From Thermoleophilia bacterium (GTDB lineage: Bacteria > Actinomycetota > Thermoleophilia > Gaiellales > SKUG01), in contig JAOPYS010000244.1 in NCBI GenBank assembly GCA_025964465.1, positions 1 through 46,896 of the forward strand: a stretch of 46,896 nt of DNA, read 5' to 3'. Shown here in pieces: positions 27,673 to 35,592 of this stretch; the stretch's first letter is position 1, and each line of letters opens with the position of its first letter. Made by a program: the position numbers and the translations under genes. The notes under the pieces are model-generated. The model was not told the origin of the DNA. It saw only the letters and a list, made by a program, of their open reading frames with translations, and made no database searches.

Positions 27673-28385
27673 GACGCCACCTGCTCGGCGTCCAACTGCT
27701 CGAGCCACGCGAGCGCCATCCCGACCATGTCCTGCACGGCCTGCCGGCGCTCCGCCGGCGATGCGGCGTCAGCGATGCAGTCGACCTGGAAGCGGAAGTC
27801 CGCGACCGCAGCATCCGGCGACGCGTACACCGCTTGCCGAACGTGCGACGCGGTCACCGCACGCGGCGTGCGCCCCTTCGGGCGGCTGGCGTAGCCGGCC
27901 GCCTCGAGGCCCGCGCTCCACGACCCGAACAGGCGCTCGACGGTGTCCTGCCCCGGGTAGTCGCCTTCCTTGAACGCCGCGATGCCCTCGAGCCACACCC
28001 GGCTCTTCGCCATGGCGGCATCCGCAAAGCTCTGCGCGCGCGCCGGGTTCCACTGCGACGCCGCTGGCGGCTTGCCGTGCTGGTGCGTCCACTCGCGGAT
28101 CCGCTCGAGCACCTCGCCGCGCGTCCACGCGCCAGGGCGCCCCTCGTCTACCACGGCGTCGGGCAAGTTCGTTTCGAGCTCGTCGAGGCTCGTGCCCATC
28201 GCGACCGCAAGGCGGTCCGCGACGTCGATCGCCGTACCACCGCGCTCCCGCTTCCGGATCGCGAGGATGGTTCGCGGGGGCACGCCCGACTCGTGCGACA
28301 GGTTGTCGATCGTCTCGCTGCGCAGGTACCGCTCGACGGCGTCCGCGAGCGGCGTGGTGGCGACGAGCCCGTAGCGCGCGCTCAT
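27669..28385 (-). CDS. HTH protein with homing-endonuclease-associated repeat, no nuclease domain seen
   Basis: N-terminal HTH 'IDNLSHESGVPPRTILAIRK'. 'WTRGEVLERIREWTHQHGKPPAASQW....TVERLFGSWSAGLEAAGY' matches the HNH-associated repeat pattern. ATGA overlap at 28382-28385. Confidence 0.55.
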   Translation of the reverse strand: MSARYGLVATTPLADAVERYLRSETIDNLSHESGVPPRTILAIRKRERGGTAIDVADRLAVAMGTSLDELETNLPDAVVDEGRPGAWTRGEVLERIREWTHQHGKPPAASQWNPARAQSFADAAMAKSRVWLEGIAAFKEGDYPGQDTVERLFGSWSAGLEAAGYASRPKGRTPRAVTASHVRQAVYASPDAAVADFRFQVDCIADAASPAERRQAVQDMVGMALAWLEQLDAEQVAS

Positions 28386-28966
28386 CGCTTCCACCAGCCC
28401 GCGTCGAGGCGCGTGATGCCTTCCGCAAGATCCGCCAACCGCCGAGCGATCGCCGCGCCGTACACCTGCGCGAGCTCCTGCAACGACAACTCCGTCGAGA
28501 CGAGCAGGATGCGCTCATCCATGTACGCCCCGTTGACGAGCTTGAACACCTTCTCCAGCACGAACGGGTTCACGCGCCCCTTGCCGAGGTCGTCGATCAC
28601 CACGACGGGTGATGCGAACGCCGCATGCGGCATCGCCTCGGGGTCGCGCTCCGCGGTGCGCAGGCGGTCGATCAGGTCGATCGCGTCGAACCATGCGACC
28701 GAGCGGCCGGCGGCGTCCTCCAGCTTCGCGGCGAGCGCGAGCTGGTGGCTCTTCCCAGACCCGCTGGGCCCGGTGAGCACGATGCTGCGCCCCTTGCCCG
28801 CAGCGGCGCGCACGAGCGGGTGCAGCTGCGTCTCCGGGTCGGCGAGCCGGTACCGCTTCGGCAGCTGTCGCTCGAGGTGGTTCGCGCGGTACTCGGCGTG
28901 CAGCGCGTGCCACTCGTCGAGGTAGGCGGCGTCGATCTGCGCGCGGTGCGGGTGGGCGGCGGTCAC
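28382..28966 (-). CDS. DnaC/IstB-like AAA+ ATPase (helicase loader)
   Basis: Walker A 'GPSGSGKS' and Walker B 'VVVIDDLG'. GTGA overlap at 28963-28966. Confidence 0.75.
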   Translation of the reverse strand: MTAAHPHRAQIDAAYLDEWHALHAEYRANHLERQLPKRYRLADPETQLHPLVRAAAGKGRSIVLTGPSGSGKSHQLALAAKLEDAAGRSVAWFDAIDLIDRLRTAERDPEAMPHAAFASPVVVIDDLGKGRVNPFVLEKVFKLVNGAYMDERILLVSTELSLQELAQVYGAAIARRLADLAEGITRLDAGWWKR

Positions 28967-30012
28967 GAGGCGGCCTTGCGTGCGGCGATGCGCTCCGCGG
29001 CGCCGGGGGCGCCCGGGTCGTAGTCGTCCCACATCGCGATCAGCGCGGGATCCTCGCTCGACGCGGGAGCGGTGCCGACCGGGCGGACCTTCTGCTTCTG
29101 GTGCGTGGCGATGCACGCGTCGAGGTACGCCATGCCGGGCTTGCCGTACTCGTTCGCCTTGGCGAGGCCGTAGCTGAGCGACTCCGGGCCGTGCTCGTGC
29201 AGGCGGGCGACGAGGGGCTCCCACAGCTCGACGAGCTCGGCCTGGTCGTCCATGCGCCGAGGGAGGCGCTCCTCGACGGCAGCGCCGACGAAGGCTTCGG
29301 CTGCGGTGGTGAGGCTGCCGAGCTCTCGTCGTGCTCGACCGATCCGACCTCTCGCCTTCCCGATGATGGTGAGGGGTGACGGGCCCGCCTCGCGGGCGGG
29401 CGCGCTCACGTGCGCGAGGCCCACCATTGGTTGGGTGGTATGGGTGGGTGGGTGGGTGGGTGGGTCCTCGTCACTCGTCACCCCCGACGTCACCGGTGAC
29501 GGGCTCGCGTTACCCCCGTCACCCAGCGTCACCACGGCGGCGACGTCGTCACCCGGCGTCACCTTCTGTCGCGCCTTCCACTCTGCGGTGCGCTGGGCGC
29601 CGGACTTCGGCGGCCGCCGCGGAGCGTTCACGTCGGCGACCCCGAGGACCCGCACGCGGAACTCGGACGGCAGCCCGTGGTCGTCGACCGCGCTCGGGTC
29701 GCCCGCCACGATCTCCACGACCTTCGCCGCCGCGAGCATCCGCCACGCGTCAGCCAGGAGCGCGTCCTGCAGCACGTCCTCGTCCGTCGACCCGTACCGC
29801 GGCGGCTCCCCGACGGCCTCAACGAAAGCGCGCACGTCCGTCGTGAACTCGCCGAAGCTGGCGGCGTTGCTCGCGATGTCGTGCATCACCGCGTACCACG
29901 CGGCGAGCATGGTGGCGCCGACACCGAGGGCGCGCGCACGGCGCATCCGGTACCGGTGCACGAACGATCGGTGCAGCGCGTAATACGGCTCGTTCTGGGT
30001 GTTCTGCGACAC
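28963..30012 (-). CDS. phage replication protein / replisome organizer (DnaD-like C-terminus)
   Basis: Sits directly upstream of the DnaC-like loader. C-terminus 'YGLAKANEYGKPGMAYLDACI' is DnaD-like. GTG 30012 has an AGGAG 7 nt upstream. Confidence 0.55.
   Translation of the reverse strand: MSQNTQNEPYYALHRSFVHRYRMRRARALGVGATMLAAWYAVMHDIASNAASFGEFTTDVRAFVEAVGEPPRYGSTDEDVLQDALLADAWRMLAAAKVVEIVAGDPSAVDDHGLPSEFRVRVLGVADVNAPRRPPKSGAQRTAEWKARQKVTPGDDVAAVVTLGDGGNASPSPVTSGVTSDEDPPTHPPTHTTQPMVGLAHVSAPAREAGPSPLTIIGKARGRIGRARRELGSLTTAAEAFVGAAVEERLPRRMDDQAELVELWEPLVARLHEHGPESLSYGLAKANEYGKPGMAYLDACIATHQKQKVRPVGTAPASSEDPALIAMWDDYDPGAPGAAERIAARKAAS
29433..29465 (+). repeat. (GGGT)n tetranucleotide microsatellite / G-quadruplex motif inside the replication gene
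   Basis: GGGT at 29433-29436, then six perfect tandem GGGT units at 29442-29465. The minus strand encodes ..THPPTHPP... Confidence 0.9.
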
Positions 30013-30060
30013 GCTGACGCTCCTCTCGGGAGATCGAGGCTTCGAACAGGGGAATGGAGG

Positions 30061-30102
30061 GCGGCGCCGGCGGCCCGAAGGGGGATCCGCCGCCGGCGCC
30101 GC
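30061..30102. other. GC-rich 13-bp stem-loop between recT and the replication gene
   Basis: GCGGCGCCGGCGG pairs with CCGCCGGCGCCGC across a 16-nt loop. Confidence 0.5.
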
Positions 30103-30104
30103 TA

Positions 30105-31196
30105 CTACGCCGCGGCAGGCGAAGTGGGGGAACGCCGCCGCGACGAAGATGTAGTGGGCGCGTCCTGCGCCGCGTCGACCGCGCCCGCGAGATCCGCGAA
30201 CTCGGCATCCATCGCGACCTGCTCCGCAGGCGCCAGCTCCTCGCCCGCGTCGGACGCCTCCTCGAGGTCACCCTCGAGCAGCGCCGTCTCCTCCTCGGAG
30301 ACCGCGGGCGGCGTGAACTGGTCGATGCGCTCGCTGACCGCGTTGGCCTGCGCGACGGTCCAGGCGTCGTGGTCCTTCCAGCGGAGGCCGTGCGCGGCGC
30401 TCCACCCCACGAGCTCGGCCTTCTCGTCGTCGGCGAGGGTCGACGCTGCCGTGACGAGGTCGCCGAACCAGCTGTCCGGGAGGACGTCGTTCGCGAGCGC
30501 CACGACCTGGGCGTCGGCCGCGGCCGGCTCGGCCGGCGCTGGGGTTGGCGCGGGCCGACGCCGGGTCGCGGGCCGCTTCGCGGGACCGGTCCCCACCGCC
30601 GCCAGAGCCGGCTGGTCGTCACGCACGACCTCCACCTCGCCGGCCGGCACGGCGTCGACGATCTCGTCGCTCGTGTACAGGCCGCTCAGGTCGTTCGGGA
30701 ACGCCTTCCGAAGCGCGATGGCCTCGGTCGCCTTCGCCAGCATGTGGGCGGGCATCTTCCGCTGCATGTGGCTCGCGCTCCCTCCGGTGTACTCCGTCCA
30801 CGTCAGCGGAACCGTCATCGGCTCGTCCCAATCGTGCCGCAGCACGGACACGCGGCAGGCGGCGGGTGGGGTGGGGTTGATCCACACGTCGACCCACTCC
30901 CGCCCGTCGGCCGTCCACTCGGGGGGGCGCTGGCCGGCGTACTGGCCGCTGCGCTGCGCGATCAGGCGGAAACCGTCGATCGACGTGATCGGCGTGAGCT
31001 TCCCCCCCGTCTTGGTGGCGTAGATCTGTCGGCTGAACGGGTCGAGCGCGTACTTCTGGCACATGGCCAGGAAGAGGCTCAACTCGGCGTCGTTGAGCTC
31101 GCGACAGATCGTGGAGCGCATGACGTCGACTTGCTCGTCGGTGAACGAGATCAGTTCGGCGTTCTGCTGGCGGCGTTCGAGTGCGGTGCTGGTCAT
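30105..31196 (-). CDS. recT: RecT/Bet-family single-strand annealing protein with long acidic C-terminal extension
   Basis: 'FTDEQVDVMRSTICRELNDAELSLFLAMCQKYALDPFSRQIYA...ITSIDGFRLIAQRSGQYAG' is a RecT signature. Confidence 0.85.
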   Translation of the reverse strand: MTSTALERRQQNAELISFTDEQVDVMRSTICRELNDAELSLFLAMCQKYALDPFSRQIYATKTGGKLTPITSIDGFRLIAQRSGQYAGQRPPEWTADGREWVDVWINPTPPAACRVSVLRHDWDEPMTVPLTWTEYTGGSASHMQRKMPAHMLAKATEAIALRKAFPNDLSGLYTSDEIVDAVPAGEVEVVRDDQPALAAVGTGPAKRPATRRRPAPTPAPAEPAAADAQVVALANDVLPDSWFGDLVTAASTLADDEKAELVGWSAAHGLRWKDHDAWTVAQANAVSERIDQFTPPAVSEEETALLEGDLEEASDAGEELAPAEQVAMDAEFADLAGAVDAAQDAPTTSSSRRRSPTSPAAA

Positions 31197-31238
31197 GGGC
31201 GATCTCCGGGGTGCTGAGGGTTGGGGCGAGGACGGGGG

Positions 31239-32198
31239 TTAGAGGAAGGGGTACGCGTCGGCGGCCGCAGCCACCTCGGACTCCTTGATGACGCGGCGCA
31301 ACTCGCCGCCGAGCGCCTTGCGATGCGCGTACACCCCGAACAGCGCCGCGAAGACGCGGAAGTCGGCGCGGTACTCGCGAGCGGTGCGCGTGATCGTGCT
31401 GACCGGGCGCCCGTCCTTGTGGCACCACACCACGGCGGTGCCGCTGATCGTCACGCCGATCTCCTCGCGCAGCGCCTTCGCGTACGCGGCGAGCTGGAGC
31501 ACGTGCTCGAGGTACACCGAGTTGCTCGTCTTGATATCGAGCACGAGCAGGCGGCCACGGGCGTCACGCACGAGCAGGTCGAACCGGCCCGCGTAGCGCG
31601 CGTGGTTGTCCACGACGATGCGCTCTACCTCGACCACCGTGTAGCCCGTGGAGCGCCACCACGTGACGTACGCCTCACACGGCCCGCGCAGCTCGGGGTC
31701 ATCGGGCAGGGGCGTATCGAGGATGTCGGCGCCCGCCGTCGTGATCCAGTCGTGCACGCGCGTGCCGATGTCGGCAGCCTCGTCCTTCGCGTTCTTGTGC
31801 GCGTCCTGCGCCAGCTGGCAGACGAGCGCGAACTCGGACGCGGGGATCACGGCTGCGAGGTCGAGGCGCTCGGCGCCGCGGCGCTGGAGCTCCTCCGCGA
31901 CCGCGTCGGCGGCCATGCGGGCTGCCCAGTGCACGAGGGCGGGCTTGTTCAGCTCCGACAGGATCGTGCTGACGGCGGGCACGCGCTCGAACTTCGCGCC
32001 CTCGCCCTTGCAGGCGGTGCACTTCTTCGTCGTGCCGGGTCGCACGCCGGGGATCGTGCCGGTCTCGAGGCACGTCGCGCACTCGTAGCGCAGGCGGTAG
32101 CTGTGGTCGCTGTCGCGGTACACGACGCGCGTGACGGGGTGCACGGGCGTCGCGACGGTAGGGGCGGGCGGGGCTGGGGCGATGGCGAGGGCGGTCAT
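31239..32198 (-). CDS. PD-(D/E)XK exonuclease (Cas4/RecB-like fold), RecT partner
   Basis: 'GRFDLLV....LLVLDIKTS' gives D..(D/E)xK, with 'QLAAYA' downstream. N-terminal CATC..CTAC zinc-ribbon-like pair. Confidence 0.7.
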   Translation of the reverse strand: MTALAIAPAPPAPTVATPVHPVTRVVYRDSDHSYRLRYECATCLETGTIPGVRPGTTKKCTACKGEGAKFERVPAVSTILSELNKPALVHWAARMAADAVAEELQRRGAERLDLAAVIPASEFALVCQLAQDAHKNAKDEAADIGTRVHDWITTAGADILDTPLPDDPELRGPCEAYVTWWRSTGYTVVEVERIVVDNHARYAGRFDLLVRDARGRLLVLDIKTSNSVYLEHVLQLAAYAKALREEIGVTISGTAVVWCHKDGRPVSTITRTAREYRADFRVFAALFGVYAHRKALGGELRRVIKESEVAAAADAYPFL

Positions 32199-32223
32199 GT
32201 GATCGGGCTCCTGGGGCGAGGGG

Positions 32224-32427
32224 TCAGGCGGCGGGCGGCAGTGAGCCGTCGTCGTCGTGGTCGAGGACGCAGCACGGACCCGCGCCGCTGGTGGTGAGGA
32301 GGGCGGGGTGCCACTTCTCGCCGCAGCACCAGCAGGACTCGGCGAACGGCACGACGACGTTCTGCGGCGCGCGGGCGATGGTTGGCACGGCGGGCAGCGG
32401 CCGCAGTGGGCGGGGGGCGTACGTCAT
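32224..32427 (-). CDS. small Cys-rich phage protein
   Basis: 67 aa, GC3-rich. ATGA overlap with the upstream cro-like gene (32424-32427). Confidence 0.5.
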   Translation of the reverse strand: MTYAPRPLRPLPAVPTIARAPQNVVVPFAESCWCCGEKWHPALLTTSGAGPCCVLDHDDDGSLPPAA

Positions 32428-32717
32428 GCGGCCAGACCAACGGCCGCGAGGTCGACCTCGACCGGCTCACCGATCAGGGTCCGGGGATCCATGCCCGCGA
32501 ACTTCACCAGCTTGCAGAGCGTCACCCAGTCGGGGCGCTTCGGCTTCGCCTTCTTCTCGTCCTCGGCCTCGGGGTCGGGGATGACTTCGAGCGCTCGGAT
32601 GGTGGCCGGGTCGAGGCGGCATAGCCGGGCGAACTTCGCGTGGGAGAGGCCGAGCTCGGCGCGTCGCTGTCGGATCGCGGCGGCGGAATCGGGGTCTGGG
32701 TTGGGGGCAACTGTCAC
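32424..32717 (-). CDS. XRE-family HTH protein (Cro-like early regulator)
   Basis: 'IRQRRAELGLSHAKFARLCRLDPATIRALE'. GTG 32717 has GAAGGA 7 nt upstream and was chosen inside listed ORF 32424..33119. Confidence 0.7.
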   Translation of the reverse strand: MTVAPNPDPDSAAAIRQRRAELGLSHAKFARLCRLDPATIRALEVIPDPEAEDEKKAKPKRPDWVTLCKLVKFAGMDPRTLIGEPVEVDLAAVGLAA

Positions 32718-32828
32718 TGGACGATCCTTCGTGTCGGAACCGCGTGGAATCACGGTTGTGAAGTAAAGCATGACTAGCGGATACTCGTCAACTGATTCAT
32801 CGGAATCGTTACCGATATGTGATCCGAT
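32718..32828. promoter_or_regulatory. prophage immunity switch region (divergent promoters/operators)
   Basis: This is the AT-richest stretch of the window. TTGACG lies on the minus strand. ATCGG-N8-CCGAT is an inverted repeat (32799-32816). CCGATATG is a direct repeat at 32812 and 32824, with CCGAT again at 32844. Confidence 0.6.
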
Positions 32829-33200
32829 ATGAACGGGTCTATGCCGATGACCGACAACGTTCAGTCGCCCGTACACGGCGACCGCATCCACGCCCTGCGG
32901 GTCGCCCAATCCAGCGACGCTCGCCCGAAGTGGGCCGCGCTCCACGACATCTCGGATGCGACGCTGGCGCGGGCCGAGCGGTCCGATCCGCGTGTGACCG
33001 CCCGGTCGCTGCGCAAGATCGCGGCGGCGCTCGGCGTTCACCTCAGCGAGATCTACACCGATGCGCCCGACGACCTCGGGGGCACCCCGGGCGGACCGCC
33101 TGCGTGGTTCTCGTCGCACTGGGAGCAGCTCGAGGCGCGGTTGGCAGACATCGAGCGGCAGAACGCCGAGCTGCTCCGCGAGCTAAGGAAGCGACGATGA
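32829..33200 (+). CDS. XRE-family HTH repressor (CI-like, no S24 peptidase domain)
   Basis: 'WAALHDISDATLARAERSDPRVTARSLRKIAAALGV' HTH with a C-terminal coiled coil 'WEQLEARLADIERQNAELLRELRK'. Confidence 0.7.
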   Translation: MNGSMPMTDNVQSPVHGDRIHALRVAQSSDARPKWAALHDISDATLARAERSDPRVTARSLRKIAAALGVHLSEIYTDAPDDLGGTPGGPPAWFSSHWEQLEARLADIERQNAELLRELRKRR

Positions 33201-33982
33201 TCCGCGCAGCACTCGCACTACTCGTCGCGACGATCGGGGTCGCGGTCAGCGCCCCGACGATCGCGGCTGCTGAGCCGGCGATGCCCACCACGCCGGGTGG
33301 TTTCGTGACGATCCTGAACCACCCGGTACTGTCGTGGACCCTGCCCGCCGGCGCCACGCTCGAGTACCTTCGCGTCTCCACCAGCGCGACGGTCGACGGT
33401 GACGGTCGCCTCGTCGGCCCAGGCCTGTCGATCGTCACCCCCACCGAGTTGGACCCGCTGTGCTGGGTGGGCGACGACGAATACTGCGACGAGGAGTCGG
33501 TGGTGACGATCCCGCCGACAGACACGTCATCATGGGACCCGAGGCGCAACATCCAGTTTCCTGGCGCCCACTTCTGGCAGGTCGAGACGAGCAGCATCGG
33601 CGATGCCGGGCAGGTCGTCCGCGAGTTCAGTCGCCCCCGCCGGTTCGTCGTCCGCCGCAACTTCCAGAAGCCGCGGCTCCCGAATCGGCTGAGCGGGACC
33701 GACGACGGATCCGTCGTGTCGCTCGAGCTCCCCTTCTCGATTGCCACCAACACGCGGTTCACGCCAGTTACGCTGGTGGCTCGGCATGCCGGCAAGGTCG
33801 CCTGCAAGCGCACCCACCTGCTTCGCAAGGTCGACGCGTACCCCACGACCTCCTACACCGCCTACTGCGACTTCGGGCGAGCCCTGCGCGGGCGAACAGT
33901 GTCGTACCGCCTCACGATTGGCTCCAAGGCGTCGACAGGCTTCGCGTGGATCGCCAACGGCGAGTTCACCCTGCCGACCTAA
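33197..33982 (+). CDS. secreted protein of unknown function, translationally coupled to the repressor
   Basis: ATGA overlap at 33197-33200. Signal peptide 'MIRAALALLVATIGVAVSAPTIAAA'. Beta-rich mature part with no recognisable domain. Confidence 0.65.
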   Translation: MIRAALALLVATIGVAVSAPTIAAAEPAMPTTPGGFVTILNHPVLSWTLPAGATLEYLRVSTSATVDGDGRLVGPGLSIVTPTELDPLCWVGDDEYCDEESVVTIPPTDTSSWDPRRNIQFPGAHFWQVETSSIGDAGQVVREFSRPRRFVVRRNFQKPRLPNRLSGTDDGSVVSLELPFSIATNTRFTPVTLVARHAGKVACKRTHLLRKVDAYPTTSYTAYCDFGRALRGRTVSYRLTIGSKASTGFAWIANGEFTLPT

Positions 33983-34272
33983 CCGGCGAATCCCGGCCGG
34001 AGCCCATCCTCCAACTCGCCGGCCGCGCTCACCGCCGCGTCCCCGGCGGCGCGGATCCGGAGCGCGGCCCACGCGGCCCCGCCACGCACGCGGCGGAGTT
34101 CGTCCTCGAGCTCGACGATCCGCGCGGTGCGTTCGGCGACGACCGCGCAGCAGCGATGGCACGCATCGACGCAGTCCTCGTGCCTCACCGTCGTCGCTCC
34201 CAGTTCGTTCCCTGCAACGTATTCGCCCAATATCTGATGATTCCTCGCACGTGCTTGCCATCGAACGAACAT
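33979..34272 (-). CDS. hypothetical small coiled-coil protein
   Basis: ATG 34272 lies inside listed ORF 33979..34428. The distal two-thirds has high GC3 and the first ~25 codons are AT-rich. Its stop overlaps the stop of the convergent gene. Confidence 0.45.
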   Translation of the reverse strand: MFVRWQARARNHQILGEYVAGNELGATTVRHEDCVDACHRCCAVVAERTARIVELEDELRRVRGGAAWAALRIRAAGDAAVSAAGELEDGLRPGFAG

Positions 34273-34350
34273 CGTCTCGGCGAGCAGCACACGACAGTCG
34301 TCGAGCAGGACGACGCCTCGACCATCACTCGATCGAGGAGCAACACCACC

Positions 34351-34755
34351 ATGGCGCACTACAGCCTCAACGGCCTCCGCTACACCGCCACGCAGCAGCC
34401 CAACGGCAGCGTGCAGATCCAGACGCACCAGGACGCGAGCATGAAGCTGCTCACCAGCGCCGTGATCCCACCGGAGGCGCTCCCGACGATCGTCGGCGTG
34501 CTCACCGACGCGAAGGCCGCGGCCGCTGCAACCGTCGAGCGCGAAGCCGCCGAGGCCGCGATCGACCTCGTTGAGCGCGCCGTCGAGCAGGGCGACGCGA
34601 AGCCCGTGCCCGCCGAGGCGCAGTCATCTCCGGTCGCGTCGCTGCCGGAGCGGCCCGCGGATGGCGCGACCGTGACGCACATCGTCGACGGCGCGAAGGA
34701 CCGGCCCGCCGGCGCACCGCGCCGCGCGCGCCCCGCTCCGACGAAGGCGAAGTAG
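34351..34755 (+). CDS. hypothetical protein
   Basis: ATG 34351 has a GAGGAG upstream (34335-34340). 134 aa with an Ala/Glu-rich middle and a basic tail. Confidence 0.55.
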   Translation: MAHYSLNGLRYTATQQPNGSVQIQTHQDASMKLLTSAVIPPEALPTIVGVLTDAKAAAAATVEREAAEAAIDLVERAVEQGDAKPVPAEAQSSPVASLPERPADGATVTHIVDGAKDRPAGAPRRARPAPTKAK

Positions 34756-34767
34756 CCCGGGAACGAG

Positions 34768-34799
34768 CGAGGGGACCGGCACGCCCGCGCCGGTCCCCT
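34768..34799. terminator. bidirectional terminator hairpin
   Basis: Perfect 12-bp stem GAGGGGACCGGC / GCCGGTCCCCTC with an 8-nt loop, between convergent genes. Confidence 0.7.
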
Positions 34800-34866
34800 C
34801 AGATCCCCCTGCCCAGTGGGGGCGCCTCTCGCTGCTACACCGTCCGGCGAGCAGAAGCCTGCGTGT

Positions 34867-35592
34867 TCAGCGCGTGACGCGCACCACTCGGTCGACAAGC
34901 GTGAGCGGGCGGATGCGCTCGAACACGCCATCCGCGCCGTTGCCGTCGCTGACCGCGCCACCCGAGCTGGTGTTGCCCTCGATGGTGTGCACGTGCGTTG
35001 CCACCCGCCCGGGCGCGGGGTCGCCGTGCTGGTTGCAGTAGCCCACGAGCAGGCCCGTGTGGTCGAACGTGAACGCCACGATGTCGCCCGCGAGCCCCGC
35101 GCGCTTCGACCCCAGCACGTACATGCCGGCGAGGCGTCCGAGGTTGCGCACGGCGGCCCAGGCGCGCGTGACCGCCTTCGACCCGGCGGCGAGGTAGGCG
35201 GCGGCGTCCGTGTCGGCGCACCACGGCTCGCCCGGCACGCCGCCGTTCGCGCGGATGATGCGCTCCACCTCGGGCCCGCGGTTGTTGCCGCCCTGCTCGC
35301 GCACGTCGAGCCACTTCCGAAACTCGGTGAGCGCCCGCAACCGGAGGGGCATGCGCTTCCACTGGATCGCGTCGTCGTACAGCTGGACGGCCTTCTCAGC
35401 CACCGCGACGCTCTGCTGCTGCCGCGATACCAGCTTCGGCTTCTCCGACGGAGTGAGCTTCGTGCGCGGCGTCCAGCTAGTGAGCGTCCCACGCGTCCTC
35501 GCCAGCGCGCGCCGACGAGCCGCGAGCCGCACCACCCACTTCGCGCGGTTCGCCTGCAGCGTGACGAGCGACTGGTCGCGGAGCGCCTTCAC
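34867..35592 (-). CDS. CHAP/NlpC-P60-type peptidoglycan hydrolase (endolysin)
   Basis: 'GGNNRGPEVERII..GEPWCADT' (catalytic Cys), 'GDIVAFTFDHTGLLVG' (His) and 'HTIEGNTS'. GTG 35592 overlaps the upstream stop (GTGA). Confidence 0.75.
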   Translation of the reverse strand: MKALRDQSLVTLQANRAKWVVRLAARRRALARTRGTLTSWTPRTKLTPSEKPKLVSRQQQSVAVAEKAVQLYDDAIQWKRMPLRLRALTEFRKWLDVREQGGNNRGPEVERIIRANGGVPGEPWCADTDAAAYLAAGSKAVTRAWAAVRNLGRLAGMYVLGSKRAGLAGDIVAFTFDHTGLLVGYCNQHGDPAPGRVATHVHTIEGNTSSGGAVSDGNGADGVFERIRPLTLVDRVVRVTR

